Assembly (NCBI GenBank): GCA_016928395.1 | Contig: JAFGKV010000319.1 | Span: 1 to 32,913, forward strand | Origin: Candidatus Fermentibacterota bacterium | GTDB lineage: Bacteria; JAFGKV01 | DNA length: 32,913 nt | Direction of reading: 5' to 3' | Shown here: in pieces, positions 17,391 to 26,872 of the stretch | How the letters are laid out: every line of letters begins with the position of its first letter | How positions within the stretch are numbered: the first letter of the stretch is position 1 | Notes under the pieces: generated by a model | Database searches by the model: none | Told to the model about the DNA's origin: nothing | What the model saw: only the letters and a program-made list of their open reading frames with translations | Translations under genes and position numbers: made by a program

Positions 17391-17641
17391 CAGAAAATCT
17401 GGCACCCCGAAGCACCAGAGCCCGCTTGGGCAAGCAGCCGTCCCCATGAAGGGCGGTCGACTCCCTCCAGCGGGTCCAAGCGCTCCAGAATGGTCAATCA
17501 TGCAGGGGAGGGGCTCTCGAAATCCCGGGGGAACGCCACGGCAATGCACGGATCCGTGTCAGGAGCACGGTATGGGCTTGAATGCCGGGGCCATCTCCCT
17601 CGCGCTCCAACCCGGTCCCTGTGATTTTCCCCAGCGCGGGA

Positions 17642-17668
17642 GGAACCGACGCAGGGGTCGGTGGGTAC
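17642..17668 (+). promoter_or_regulatory. Possible autoregulatory ECF promoter
   Basis: GGAAC-N18-GTAC upstream of the ECF sigma gene resembles AAC/CGT-class ECF promoters; short motif, weak evidence. Confidence 0.25.
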
Positions 17669-17773
17669 GGTGATTGACGGTGCACAGCGCCGACCCACTA
17701 CGAATCTTGCGTCTGCTCTCAACGGGCAGCATAGTATGCGCTCTCTCATTGAGAGAATTGCTCAGGAGCCATT

Positions 17774-18460
17774 ATGGCATCGATTTCGACCCTCCCCGCC
17801 AAGGGAGCGTACACCCGGTCTCTCGGCAGGGTCTTGGCCTTTCGAAAGCCCCGCCGTGAGGAAGAAGATCAGGCATTGGCTCTCATGGACGATTCAGACG
17901 ATGGTCTGATGGTCAGGGTGAAGCGCGGAGACCACCAGGCATTCAGGACACTGGCGGAGCGCTACCGGATTCGCGTATTCCGCTTCATCTACAAGATGAT
18001 TCACGATGAGGAGGTCGCCGAGGACCTCGCCCAGGAGACCTTCCTGCGGGTGTTCAAGCGAGCCAATACCTACAAACCCGGCAGCAACTTCTCCATCTGG
18101 CTCTACACCATCGCCAAGAACCTCACCTTCAATCGAGTTCGGGACGAGAAGCGCCAGCCTTTGGGATTGGCGGATCAGGTTGACCAACACTACTGGGATC
18201 TCGCCACGGCCGATGGAGGGCCCGATCCCCTGGAGATGAGCCAGAGGGAGGAAATTCGACGAACGGTGAACTGGGGCCTGGCGCAGTTGCCTCCGAAGTT
18301 TAAATCGGCAGTAATCCTCCGTGACATTGAGGGGTTCGAATACGAGCAGATCGCGAAGATCCTCCGCTGTCCGCTGGGTACGGTCAAATCTCGCGTAAAC
18401 CGAGGAAGGCTGCGGTTGAGGGATCTTATCAAGGATCGGATTCATGAGTATATCGAGTGA
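17774..18460 (+). CDS. ECF RNA polymerase sigma factor (RpoE/SigW-like)
   Basis: Region 2 motifs AEDLAQETFLRVF and FSIWLYTIAKN; region 4 LRDIEGFEYEQIAKILRCPLGTVKSRVNRGR. AGGAG RBS. Confidence 0.95.
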   Translation: MASISTLPAKGAYTRSLGRVLAFRKPRREEEDQALALMDDSDDGLMVRVKRGDHQAFRTLAERYRIRVFRFIYKMIHDEEVAEDLAQETFLRVFKRANTYKPGSNFSIWLYTIAKNLTFNRVRDEKRQPLGLADQVDQHYWDLATADGGPDPLEMSQREEIRRTVNWGLAQLPPKFKSAVILRDIEGFEYEQIAKILRCPLGTVKSRVNRGRLRLRDLIKDRIHEYIE

Positions 18461-18500
18461 CTCGCCGTCTGTTTCGGACGGCTAGAGGGAGGTGGAATCG

Positions 18501-19079
18501 GTGCATTGTCGAATAGTGCGAGCCAGGTTGTCAGAGTTCCTGGATTCTTACCTGAACCCCCGGCATCGAGAAGAGCTGGAGGCGCATCTGAAGGTGTGCC
18601 CTGAGTGCCGGCAGCTTGCCCGCGAGATGCGACGCGTGCGCGACGTGCTCGGCGATCTGGATCAGATCGCTCCGTCAGCGACGCTTGCGTCTCGGATTGA
18701 CCGCATACCGTGGGAGACCTCTCAAGACCGGTCATGGCCCATGCCCAGCGCGACCCGCCTGGGGTTGGTTGCCATGACGGTTGCCGCAGCCGTCATGGTG
18801 ATTGTGCTGCGTCCGGCGATGACGGCCAAGGTTCCTCCCGGTCCGACGGCATCCATTCAGGAGCAGACCAAGTCTGGCGTGGTGGAGGTTCACGAGCTCA
18901 TGCTTCCCGAGGAGCGCGCTGAGAGATTCTCACCACAATTGGCGAGGGTAGCCTTGGCGCGGGGGGTTCCTCTGGAAGGCCCGGCAGTCTCTGTGACCGC
19001 GACGCCCGGGCAGACACGGGATGATCTGATCTGGCAGGAAGTACGGCGAGTCTCCGCGTGCTCGCGCCGGTCGTTCTGA
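18501..19079 (+). CDS. Zinc-binding transmembrane anti-sigma factor (zf-HC2)
   Basis: C..VRARLSEFLD..L...ELEAHLKVCPECR (HxxxCxxC), one TM helix, directly after the sigma gene. GTG 18501 fits GGAGG spacing. Confidence 0.85.
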   Translation: MHCRIVRARLSEFLDSYLNPRHREELEAHLKVCPECRQLAREMRRVRDVLGDLDQIAPSATLASRIDRIPWETSQDRSWPMPSATRLGLVAMTVAAAVMVIVLRPAMTAKVPPGPTASIQEQTKSGVVEVHELMLPEERAERFSPQLARVALARGVPLEGPAVSVTATPGQTRDDLIWQEVRRVSACSRRSF

Positions 19080-19089
19080 CGACCGCCTT

Positions 19090-20235
19090 GTGAGCATCCT
19101 GTCCATGACGCGTCGCGTGAAGAGGCTCCTCAGTTCCGTGACCGGCCTTCTGGCTATTCCAGCCGCCGTGGCCGGGGGACAGGATCTTCTCCCTCAGCTC
19201 GATGCTGAGCTGAATGCATTGGTTGCCGCCACACGCCGGCACGTCGTGACCGTTATCGTGCCCCAAGATGGTGACGATGGCCCGGTTCGTTCGGTGTTGA
19301 TTGCATCCGGTCTGGCTCTCGACGACTCCCTCGTGGTCACCGCAGCAAGCGTGGTAACTCGAGGCCACCACGTGGAGGTGATCCCATCAGGCCTTGACCC
19401 CCGGCCTGCCTCCCTGGCGGGCGTCGATATCTTGGGGGGCGTTGCCCTTCTCAGGACCTATGGCCTGACGCCTACTGACGCAGGACTCCGCAGCATTGAC
19501 AACCCCGTTGCGTTGGGGGACCTGGTCTGCCTTGTCACCAGCAGTTTTGAGGAGCGTGCCGGCTACAGCGTGGGGTCGGTGGTTTCGGTCCGGCCGGCCG
19601 GCATGAACGGGCAGGTGACCACAGAGATCGAGGCGAGCACCACGCCGGTACCCGGCAGCGCAGGAGCCGTTCTCGTCAACAGCAGAGGCCAGTTATCCGG
19701 CCTCGTGGTTGGTCGGCCGGGACGCCAGGCAGGCCTCATGACTGCGGGCGATGCGGGAGTGCTGGCTATCCCTCTTCGAGACGTCTTGCGCATCGCCGAC
19801 GAGCTGAAGCGCCACGGAAAGGTGGGGCGGAACTGGCTCGGGGTGAGTGTGCAGGAGATGACTCCGGCCCTCCGGGAGATCCTCGGCGTCGAGCCTTCTA
19901 CCGGCGTCATCATCATCGCGGTGGATAAGGACGGGCCGGCCGTCAAATCCGGCCTTGAGCTCGGCGATGTCATTTTGCGCTGTGGCAATGATGTCATCAA
20001 AGATCCGGTCGGGCTGATGGAAGCGGTTGCGACTGCGCCGGCTGGCTCACGGTTGCGATTTGCCGTGTTGCGCAACGGAGAGACCATTCAGCTCCCCGTG
20101 ACCCTTGCCGAGCTGCCCATCCAAGACGGCGGCGTGGGGCTTGCCGAGCCCCCGCTCTCCTACGAAGAGCGAATTCGCGCGTTGGAGACTGAGATCTCCC
20201 GGCTCAAGTCCGCGGTCGAGCCTCCTCGCAAGTAG
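19090..20235 (+). CDS. HtrA/DegP-like trypsin-fold + PDZ protein lacking the catalytic triad
   Basis: HtrA layout: ASGLAL..VVTAASVV, GVDILGGVALL, PGSAGAVLVNSRGQLSGL, LAIP, HGKVGRNWLGVSVQ, PDZ GPAVKSGLELGDVIL, and a C-terminal coiled coil. Start 19090 or 19105. Confidence 0.85.
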   Translation: MSILSMTRRVKRLLSSVTGLLAIPAAVAGGQDLLPQLDAELNALVAATRRHVVTVIVPQDGDDGPVRSVLIASGLALDDSLVVTAASVVTRGHHVEVIPSGLDPRPASLAGVDILGGVALLRTYGLTPTDAGLRSIDNPVALGDLVCLVTSSFEERAGYSVGSVVSVRPAGMNGQVTTEIEASTTPVPGSAGAVLVNSRGQLSGLVVGRPGRQAGLMTAGDAGVLAIPLRDVLRIADELKRHGKVGRNWLGVSVQEMTPALREILGVEPSTGVIIIAVDKDGPAVKSGLELGDVILRCGNDVIKDPVGLMEAVATAPAGSRLRFAVLRNGETIQLPVTLAELPIQDGGVGLAEPPLSYEERIRALETEISRLKSAVEPPRK

Positions 20236-20364
20236 CCCATCTGCGCCGGGCGCCCCCAGACAGTTCGCCGTTACTCCCCCACCGAAAGACCGCACGCTCC
20301 GCACTGGAGCAAGGAGTTGACCTTCCCCTACCTCTCACGACTGCCGGCCGCGCCAGTCTCTTGC

Positions 20365-23300
20365 CTAAGGATGGTCGATGAGCTGCTCGTGTTCCCCGAA
20401 TCGTCCGGAGTGTATGAGCTCCTGCTCAGAGGCATCCATGGCACGCACCATGTATGTCCAGTTGTGATCCGGATCTCCGAGACCCGTGCTGGTTGACCAT
20501 GTCGTCGTTGTGGCGGGTACGGTCGCCAGCCGATTACCCAAAGCCGGCGTGAAGTAGGCGTCATTGTCGGCGCCGTGGACCCAGTAGCTCGCAGCATCGG
20601 GGCGAGACGTCCAGGTGAGCACAAGCTGGTTCTCCTCCACCCCGCCTGAGAGAGTCATCGCCGTCGGCGCGTAGCCCGTCAGCGTGACTTCGTCAAGGCC
20701 CGCCTCGACAATCGAGCCGGGCGACACATCTGAAGCGATGAAGCGCAGGCGCACCGTGCTACTCAACTCGACATAGGTGTCCAGCACGAAGGTCTGCAGC
20801 GCCCAGCTACGGTCACTGACGTTGGTGCGCTCCAGGTCGACCCATGTGGCCCCGTCGTCCGTCGCCTGCACCACCCAGTAATCCAAGCCCGGTGAGCTAC
20901 CCGTATCGTTGGTATACCATCGCCGGTAGGTCAATGTCACGCCCGCATACGGCGACAAGTCCAGCCAGGGGCTGAGCACGGTGGTGGTGCCGTTGTCTAC
21001 ATCGTCGGCACCCTGGGTCGATCCAGGCGGATCATTGCCCGTGACGTAGCACATCACGCCCGGATCCGCCGTCGCGTCGTTTTCGGGCTGGACCTCGATG
21101 CTTCCCGACCACACACCGTTGGGATCGACGCGCACCCAGATGCCTGACGTGGCATTGTCACCCGCGGCGCCAACCGTCCAACCCTGGTCACTCTCCATGT
21201 CATGGTGCAGGATCTCCACCGACGCGAGCACCCAGAAGTCATACGTATCCGTACCCGACGGGTCACGGCTCTCGTTGGCCACACCGTCCGTGGCCTCCAC
21301 CCAGTAGCTGATCGACGTGTTGAGCGGCTGCCCGGGGATCTGGCCGCGGTGGAGACCCGTCGCCGCATTGATCAGTGTCAAAGGCACGTCCACCGCCGGG
21401 CCGCCGTTCACCTTGAAGTAAAGATGCGCGCCCGACAGCGACGTAAAGTCAGTGATGGTTGCTTCGACCACGTAGGGTCCCACCGTGTCATCCGTGGTGA
21501 GCAACACCGTGGTGTTCGAGATCTGGGGCCCGAGAATGTCGGTGAGCGCGAAATCAAGCTCGGTGGTCTCCCCTTCCGTGATGACCACATTCGGCACCGT
21601 CTCCGGCGCGAAGCTGAGGTGTTCCGCCCGTACGGTGTACATACCCTCCTCCACCGAACCCGTATAGTGGCCGCTGCTGTTACTCGCCAGCGTCTGATTC
21701 GTCTCCAGCAGCCGGATGGTTACCTCCTGCACCGGAGCGCCCCCGGCGCTGGCGTTGGTCACGTCGCCCTGGAGAGTGCCCAGATGCAGCGTCCCGATGG
21801 GCAGAATGCGAATCGCCCGCCCTGTGCCCAGGCTCGCTGCGCCGGGGCTGTAGTGGTTCCAGTAGGTGTACAGCAACCCGTCCGTGTGATCCTGATTCTG
21901 GATTCCAACCGTTACGTAGCCATCACGGCTGTCTGTGTTGTTCACCGTCTGGTACTGGAATAGGATTTCCCCGTCGCCCGTCGGCGTTGGATAGCAGCTC
22001 GGGTCGTACAGGAACACCTGGAAGTTCTGGGTCGCATTGCTGTAGTCGTTCTTCATCCGGCTCCATTGGATCCCGTACCGGTGATTCGCCGTGTCGTTCC
22101 AGTAGTAGACTCTGTTCGTGCCGCTCTGGTAGAGGTCGTCCCACATCGGACAGATTGCCGCCTCGGGTGCGCCGGCGCTGGGTAAGGTCGTGTTGGTGTA
22201 CGGTTTCTGGTACGTTTGCCCCATGACCACCCAGCCATTGGAGCAGATACTGATCTGGCTGTAGTCCTGCCCGTAGAAACGGAAGACGAACGGCAGGGCC
22301 CGGATCTTGGTGTCATCCTGCTCATAACCGAAGTCGGTCAGGCCGACATCGGTTCCCGGACCGCCGTAGGTCGGGTCGAGCTCCACCCATGCGTAGGTAG
22401 GCGCGTAGAAGTAGCCGACATCGGTGTTGTCGAACGCATAGTAACCGTACACGTCGGGGCCTGTCGGATCGACGGTGGTGGCCGCGCCAACCGTAGAGGT
22501 GAACTCGACCACGTCCTGAGCTTGGCCGTTGAAGGTGAGCGTCAGGGTGAAGTGGGCCTTGTGGCCCTTGACGCAATCGCTGGCGATACTCAGGGCGAAG
22601 GGGTTTGCGGTATTCTCGTTGGAGCCCCCCGCGGCGATGGTGCCCCAACCGCCCGCGCCATCGGTGACGTCGATCCAGGGGCTGTCGGTGCTCAATTCAC
22701 CGGTCACGGAGACCCCGTCAATGCTACCCACATTGCCGATTCTGATGCTCAGCGTGCCCGATTCACCGGGATCCAGAGTTGTCCCACCCCCGCCCCAGGT
22801 GAAGTCCTCCACCTCGAACGCCGCACTCTGCACTGTGAGTTCGATCAGCGACGTCCAGACTGATGCACCGCTATGCGCCGTCAGGTCAAGTGCCAGCACA
22901 TGGCCATCCGGAATCGTCGGGGCCACGCCGAAGTCGAAGTCTTCAGCGCTCCACACGGTTGCCCCTGCGCCAATAGTGCCGAAGGTCTCCTCGGCGTCGG
23001 TGATGGTGACATAGGGATCGGAGGTCGACAGAGTGGCGATGACGCCCGTGACTGCGGATGTGCCGTGGTTGTGAAGGGAGACCGGCAGTTCGATGATCTC
23101 GGCCGGATTGACGATGCCATTGCCGTTGCCCGAGCTGGCGCCCGACGCATCGTCATCCACGATGCAGCCCTCGTAGCCGGCGAAAGACTCCATCGAGCCA
23201 AAGACTATCTGACCCAGATGGGGGAAGCAGTTGTGCTTCGTGACCGTGACCAGAGCCTGTCCCGCGGTGGCGGATACCGGCAGGTTGACGCGACCCGAGA

Positions 23301-25167
23301 AATCGCTGTAGCCGCTCACGAGGGAGCCACTCCCGTGGATCCCATCGGCTTTGTAGATGGTCACCAAGGCGCCCGCCACCGGCAGGGTGCCCGCGGTGAT
23401 GGTGACCGGCACCGAGTTCGCTCCCACAGCCAGCAGGCTGGGGTAGGTCACGGACAGAACGGCCGGATGCGCCGTCCACATGTCCGTTGCCGGATCGCCC
23501 ATGAGGTTGTTCCACACCGAGAAGCGTTGCGCTACGTCACCGTCATACTGGTAGTTGAGGTAGAGGTTCAGCTTGCCCCGCGAGTGGGCGGTGCCCAGGC
23601 GGTGATCGGAGCCGTTGACAGCGCCGTCCCACGTTCCGGCGTAGTAGCAGTTGTTGTAGCGGGTATGCGTGCTCCACGTCGCGGTTCCCACGGAGCCGAT
23701 TCCCCCACCATTGGCGTTGCGGAGAAACGCCTCGGAGTTACAGGTCTCGCCGGCGAAATCGCCCGAGCCGCAGGTGGGGATGATCGCCAAGGGTAGTTCA
23801 TACCCATTGGTCAGGCCGCCGATTGTCGTCGTGGTGATGCCGCTCATGCCCAGATAGCCCCGGTAGCCGAACACACTCAGCCCCTGGTTGACGCTGGCGG
23901 TCATCTGGCTAACCCAGGGGCTCGAGAAGATGGTGTCGACCTGCGTGTAGCCCGCCCCCAGCAGCTGTTTCTTCAACCACTGGTTAATGTAGATGCAGGT
24001 GATGCCCGACGAGGATGGATCACCCAGAAGGCACGCTCGGGTGAACCATCCCGAATCACCGGTGGGCGGGGTGGTCTCATAGGTCATTATCTTGGTGACG
24101 ATCGCCTGGAGGTTGGTCAAGCCGGTGTGCGATAGGCGGCCGATGTGCACATCAGCCAGGTAGTCGCTCCCTTCCAGCATCGTGTACGAATGATCCCCCT
24201 CACCGCCGGAGTAGCTGCCCGTGGCAACGCCGTATGTGCCGTCGGCATCACCCACGATGGTGACGAACTCCAAGGGGGGGTCTGCGGCGTTGTAGATGTT
24301 CTGGATGTAGTTCTTGATTGATGTGGTCGTAGTGCCAGTCTGCGTCGTCGAGGCAGTCAGCACGGTGTAGCCCTGCCTCGTGCGCCAGTCGATCAGGGGC
24401 TGCACTGCCGTGAGCACCCCGCTGGCGGAGGAGTGGATTACCAGATAGGTTCCCGGCCCCACATCCGCGTCGCCGCGCCCCATGGAAAGGTCGTAGTTGA
24501 GCACCACATCCTGGTACATCCGGTGAAACGAATCCGGAATCCTCTTGCGCTGCAGAGGCGCCGCGTTCCGCGAATCCTGACCGCCAAACTGCACTTCCAC
24601 CTCAACCCGCGTGGTTATCGTCACCTCCCCGACCACTGGATCGTAGGCCACGGGGTTGAAGGTAAGTGGCACGACTCGCAGGCTGTGCAGGAGCGCGGGC
24701 GCGCCAGCCTCGGCTGCCGGAGCCGCCGGGCCTGGCCTCTGTGCGTACGCCTCACGGTCGATTACGAGCTCTTCACCTTCGTCAGGCTGCACGGGCAGAA
24801 GCCGAAACCCAGAGAGGACCATGCTTTCCCGCTCCAGGACGTTGACCGATACTCCCACATTGCTGGGAATCGCTACGAGCCGGGTGATCACGGGAAGCCC
24901 AGGGTGCCCGACCTCTCCACGGATATCGCCACCGGGGATGGTCAGCGCCTGGAATATCTCGCCTTCGATAGCGAGTTGCTCCTGTTGCAGAGACGGCAGC
25001 CGCATCTCCAGGCGGAGGGAAGCGCTGGTCGCTTCCAACACGATGAATGCGGGTTCTGCAGCGCCAACCAAGGGGTCAACCAAACGTATGTCTGGAGATT
25101 CGGCTGCATTGCTGACAGCAACCAGGAGCAGCATGCAGATAGGACTCAGCACGGTAAAGCGGCGCAT
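20365..25167 (-). CDS. Secreted C25 (gingipain-family) peptidase-like multidomain protein
   Basis: Signal peptide; C25 propeptide (GHPGLPVITRLVAIP); catalytic region (FVTIVGD, DVHIGRL, GYRGY, PTCGSG, NLMGDPA); Ig-like repeats; GPDVYGYYAFDN domain; CarboxypepD_reg-like domain; MAM/cleaved-adhesin-like domain; FN3-like C-terminus. GGAGG RBS. Confidence 0.9.
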   Translation of the reverse strand: MRRFTVLSPICMLLLVAVSNAAESPDIRLVDPLVGAAEPAFIVLEATSASLRLEMRLPSLQQEQLAIEGEIFQALTIPGGDIRGEVGHPGLPVITRLVAIPSNVGVSVNVLERESMVLSGFRLLPVQPDEGEELVIDREAYAQRPGPAAPAAEAGAPALLHSLRVVPLTFNPVAYDPVVGEVTITTRVEVEVQFGGQDSRNAAPLQRKRIPDSFHRMYQDVVLNYDLSMGRGDADVGPGTYLVIHSSASGVLTAVQPLIDWRTRQGYTVLTASTTQTGTTTTSIKNYIQNIYNAADPPLEFVTIVGDADGTYGVATGSYSGGEGDHSYTMLEGSDYLADVHIGRLSHTGLTNLQAIVTKIMTYETTPPTGDSGWFTRACLLGDPSSSGITCIYINQWLKKQLLGAGYTQVDTIFSSPWVSQMTASVNQGLSVFGYRGYLGMSGITTTTIGGLTNGYELPLAIIPTCGSGDFAGETCNSEAFLRNANGGGIGSVGTATWSTHTRYNNCYYAGTWDGAVNGSDHRLGTAHSRGKLNLYLNYQYDGDVAQRFSVWNNLMGDPATDMWTAHPAVLSVTYPSLLAVGANSVPVTITAGTLPVAGALVTIYKADGIHGSGSLVSGYSDFSGRVNLPVSATAGQALVTVTKHNCFPHLGQIVFGSMESFAGYEGCIVDDDASGASSGNGNGIVNPAEIIELPVSLHNHGTSAVTGVIATLSTSDPYVTITDAEETFGTIGAGATVWSAEDFDFGVAPTIPDGHVLALDLTAHSGASVWTSLIELTVQSAAFEVEDFTWGGGGTTLDPGESGTLSIRIGNVGSIDGVSVTGELSTDSPWIDVTDGAGGWGTIAAGGSNENTANPFALSIASDCVKGHKAHFTLTLTFNGQAQDVVEFTSTVGAATTVDPTGPDVYGYYAFDNTDVGYFYAPTYAWVELDPTYGGPGTDVGLTDFGYEQDDTKIRALPFVFRFYGQDYSQISICSNGWVVMGQTYQKPYTNTTLPSAGAPEAAICPMWDDLYQSGTNRVYYWNDTANHRYGIQWSRMKNDYSNATQNFQVFLYDPSCYPTPTGDGEILFQYQTVNNTDSRDGYVTVGIQNQDHTDGLLYTYWNHYSPGAASLGTGRAIRILPIGTLHLGTLQGDVTNASAGGAPVQEVTIRLLETNQTLASNSSGHYTGSVEEGMYTVRAEHLSFAPETVPNVVITEGETTELDFALTDILGPQISNTTVLLTTDDTVGPYVVEATITDFTSLSGAHLYFKVNGGPAVDVPLTLINAATGLHRGQIPGQPLNTSISYWVEATDGVANESRDPSGTDTYDFWVLASVEILHHDMESDQGWTVGAAGDNATSGIWVRVDPNGVWSGSIEVQPENDATADPGVMCYVTGNDPPGSTQGADDVDNGTTTVLSPWLDLSPYAGVTLTYRRWYTNDTGSSPGLDYWVVQATDDGATWVDLERTNVSDRSWALQTFVLDTYVELSSTVRLRFIASDVSPGSIVEAGLDEVTLTGYAPTAMTLSGGVEENQLVLTWTSRPDAASYWVHGADNDAYFTPALGNRLATVPATTTTWSTSTGLGDPDHNWTYMVRAMDASEQELIHSGRFGEHEQLIDHP

Positions 25168-25461
25168 TGTGGCCTCCGGGGATGCTGCAGTTGGAACGTA
25201 AGGGTGAGAGAATCCTCACTGTGCGGGGGCAGAGTGCCGCCAGGTCAGGGACTCATGGGCACATGAGTCGATGACAGCGGGGAATGGCATGTGTCGGAGG
25301 CCGCAATTTGATCCCTAATGCCGATCGAGTCAAGCACCTTCGCTCTGCTGACCTGAGCGGATTCCTTACTGTGGAGGCCGGAGCTTTCCCGGCCGTCCTG
25401 AGAAACCACCGTGTTCGCGATCGCGGCGACCAGCGAATCTACCGCACTATGCTCCAGACGC

Positions 25462-26676
25462 CTACTCCCTCGCTACAGACAAAGGGTCGACGAGCCTCCC
25501 GATGAAGAGAATGGAGCCTGTGCGATGCTCCCGGATCAGGAAGATAAACGGCCGATCAACCACGAACGAGGCGGGGCCGCCGCCGCGCTTGAGAACCACC
25601 GCCGTTGCGGCCGAGGCTTCGGTGCCCTCCTCGGTAACATCCACGAAGGCCTTGTGGATCACATTGCTGATGAACAGGTCCTTCCTCCCGGTCATGCCTG
25701 AGAAGTCTGCGCCTTCGAACGCATGGGGCATCCCCATGGAGGCCAGGGTCTCGACCAGCTCATATCGGGCCGTCATGGAAAACCGCGGCAGCATGAGCGC
25801 CAACTCCTGTGGCGTAGCCTCTGCCAGGTCCCGGAGCCAGCGGTCTAGGTTCTCCCATGTGAGCTGATGCTCGACCGACTCCAGCGGCAGGCCGGAATCA
25901 GGCAGGATGATCACCATGGAGAGCCCGCCTTTGGCATAGGGCAGTTCCGCGAGCCGAAACCCATCGTGCGCCAAGAGCCTTAGCGAAACCCTCTGCGACA
26001 TCATGGGCACGGTCACCGTGCTGTCTGGAGTGAGGTGGAACGGGCCGTCCGTCGTGGCGGCCGGATCGAACCGATACTGCCATGGCGCCTTGAAGTAGAC
26101 CGCATTGCACAGGACCAGCCTCGTCAGAGAGGTTACTAGTCCGGGAGGAATGAGATCCTTGATGGTACCATTGGTCTTGTCTTCGGCCCACGTATTGATG
26201 CGCTCCCGGGCCACATCCGCGGCGCGGATGAAATCGACCAGAAAGACCTTCGCGCCGTAGCGGTTGGTAGTCAGATCGAGAAAGGCCGGGAGGAATCGGT
26301 AGCCGTCCTGAGCCCAGAGTGAGTTCGCCACCTGGAAGGTGACCGAGCCACCGTGCACCGACCCCAGTGCCTTCTGAAGCCCTCCTAGAGCCTGATGCTG
26401 TCTCTCCTGGCCCAGGGAGAAGTAGAGCACCGTCGCCATTTCCTGCTCTGTGATAGTTCGTGCACCGGCATAGGTCATCGCCAGCGCTGTCGAGATGCTA
26501 TAGGGAGACAAGAACACATTACCGCCGGGCTCGCTGATCTTCCGATAGAGATCGCAGGCAAACCGGCCGTTGCCTTCCACCACGGCCACCAGATCATCGG
26601 CGGACGACACCCCTGCGTGCCCCACAGTGGCCGCCCCCATCACCACGGCATACGTGATTGCCATGAGTCGCATCAT
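25462..26676 (-). CDS. Secreted serpin (protease inhibitor)
   Basis: Motifs NVFLSPYSISTALAMTYAGA, INTWAEDKTNGTIKDL, NAVYFKAPW, hinge EEGTEASAAT, FVVDRPFIFLIRE..TGSILFIGR. GAGGAGG RBS before ATG 26676; signal peptide. Confidence 0.97.
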   Translation of the reverse strand: MMRLMAITYAVVMGAATVGHAGVSSADDLVAVVEGNGRFACDLYRKISEPGGNVFLSPYSISTALAMTYAGARTITEQEMATVLYFSLGQERQHQALGGLQKALGSVHGGSVTFQVANSLWAQDGYRFLPAFLDLTTNRYGAKVFLVDFIRAADVARERINTWAEDKTNGTIKDLIPPGLVTSLTRLVLCNAVYFKAPWQYRFDPAATTDGPFHLTPDSTVTVPMMSQRVSLRLLAHDGFRLAELPYAKGGLSMVIILPDSGLPLESVEHQLTWENLDRWLRDLAEATPQELALMLPRFSMTARYELVETLASMGMPHAFEGADFSGMTGRKDLFISNVIHKAFVDVTEEGTEASAATAVVLKRGGGPASFVVDRPFIFLIREHRTGSILFIGRLVDPLSVARE

Positions 26677-26872
26677 GTTCCTCCTCGTCTGTACTGTCCG
26701 GTGCATGGCGTCGGCTTCCTACTGGTTGAACCGCTCTTGGAGCGCGCCGGATCCCCGGAAGGTTCAACGAACCCGTCAGACTATAGGCCTCGGGGCATGC
26801 ACCTGCCCACGCCCCGAGGCATGAGGCCCCGGCGTGCTCCGGATCGTCGCCTTCCCGTGATCGCACGACTCG

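Noticed and set aside
25305-25333. Sigma70 promoter for the C25 gene (TTGACT-N17-CAAATT, minus strand)
   Set aside because: The -10 element is too weak to support from sequence alone.
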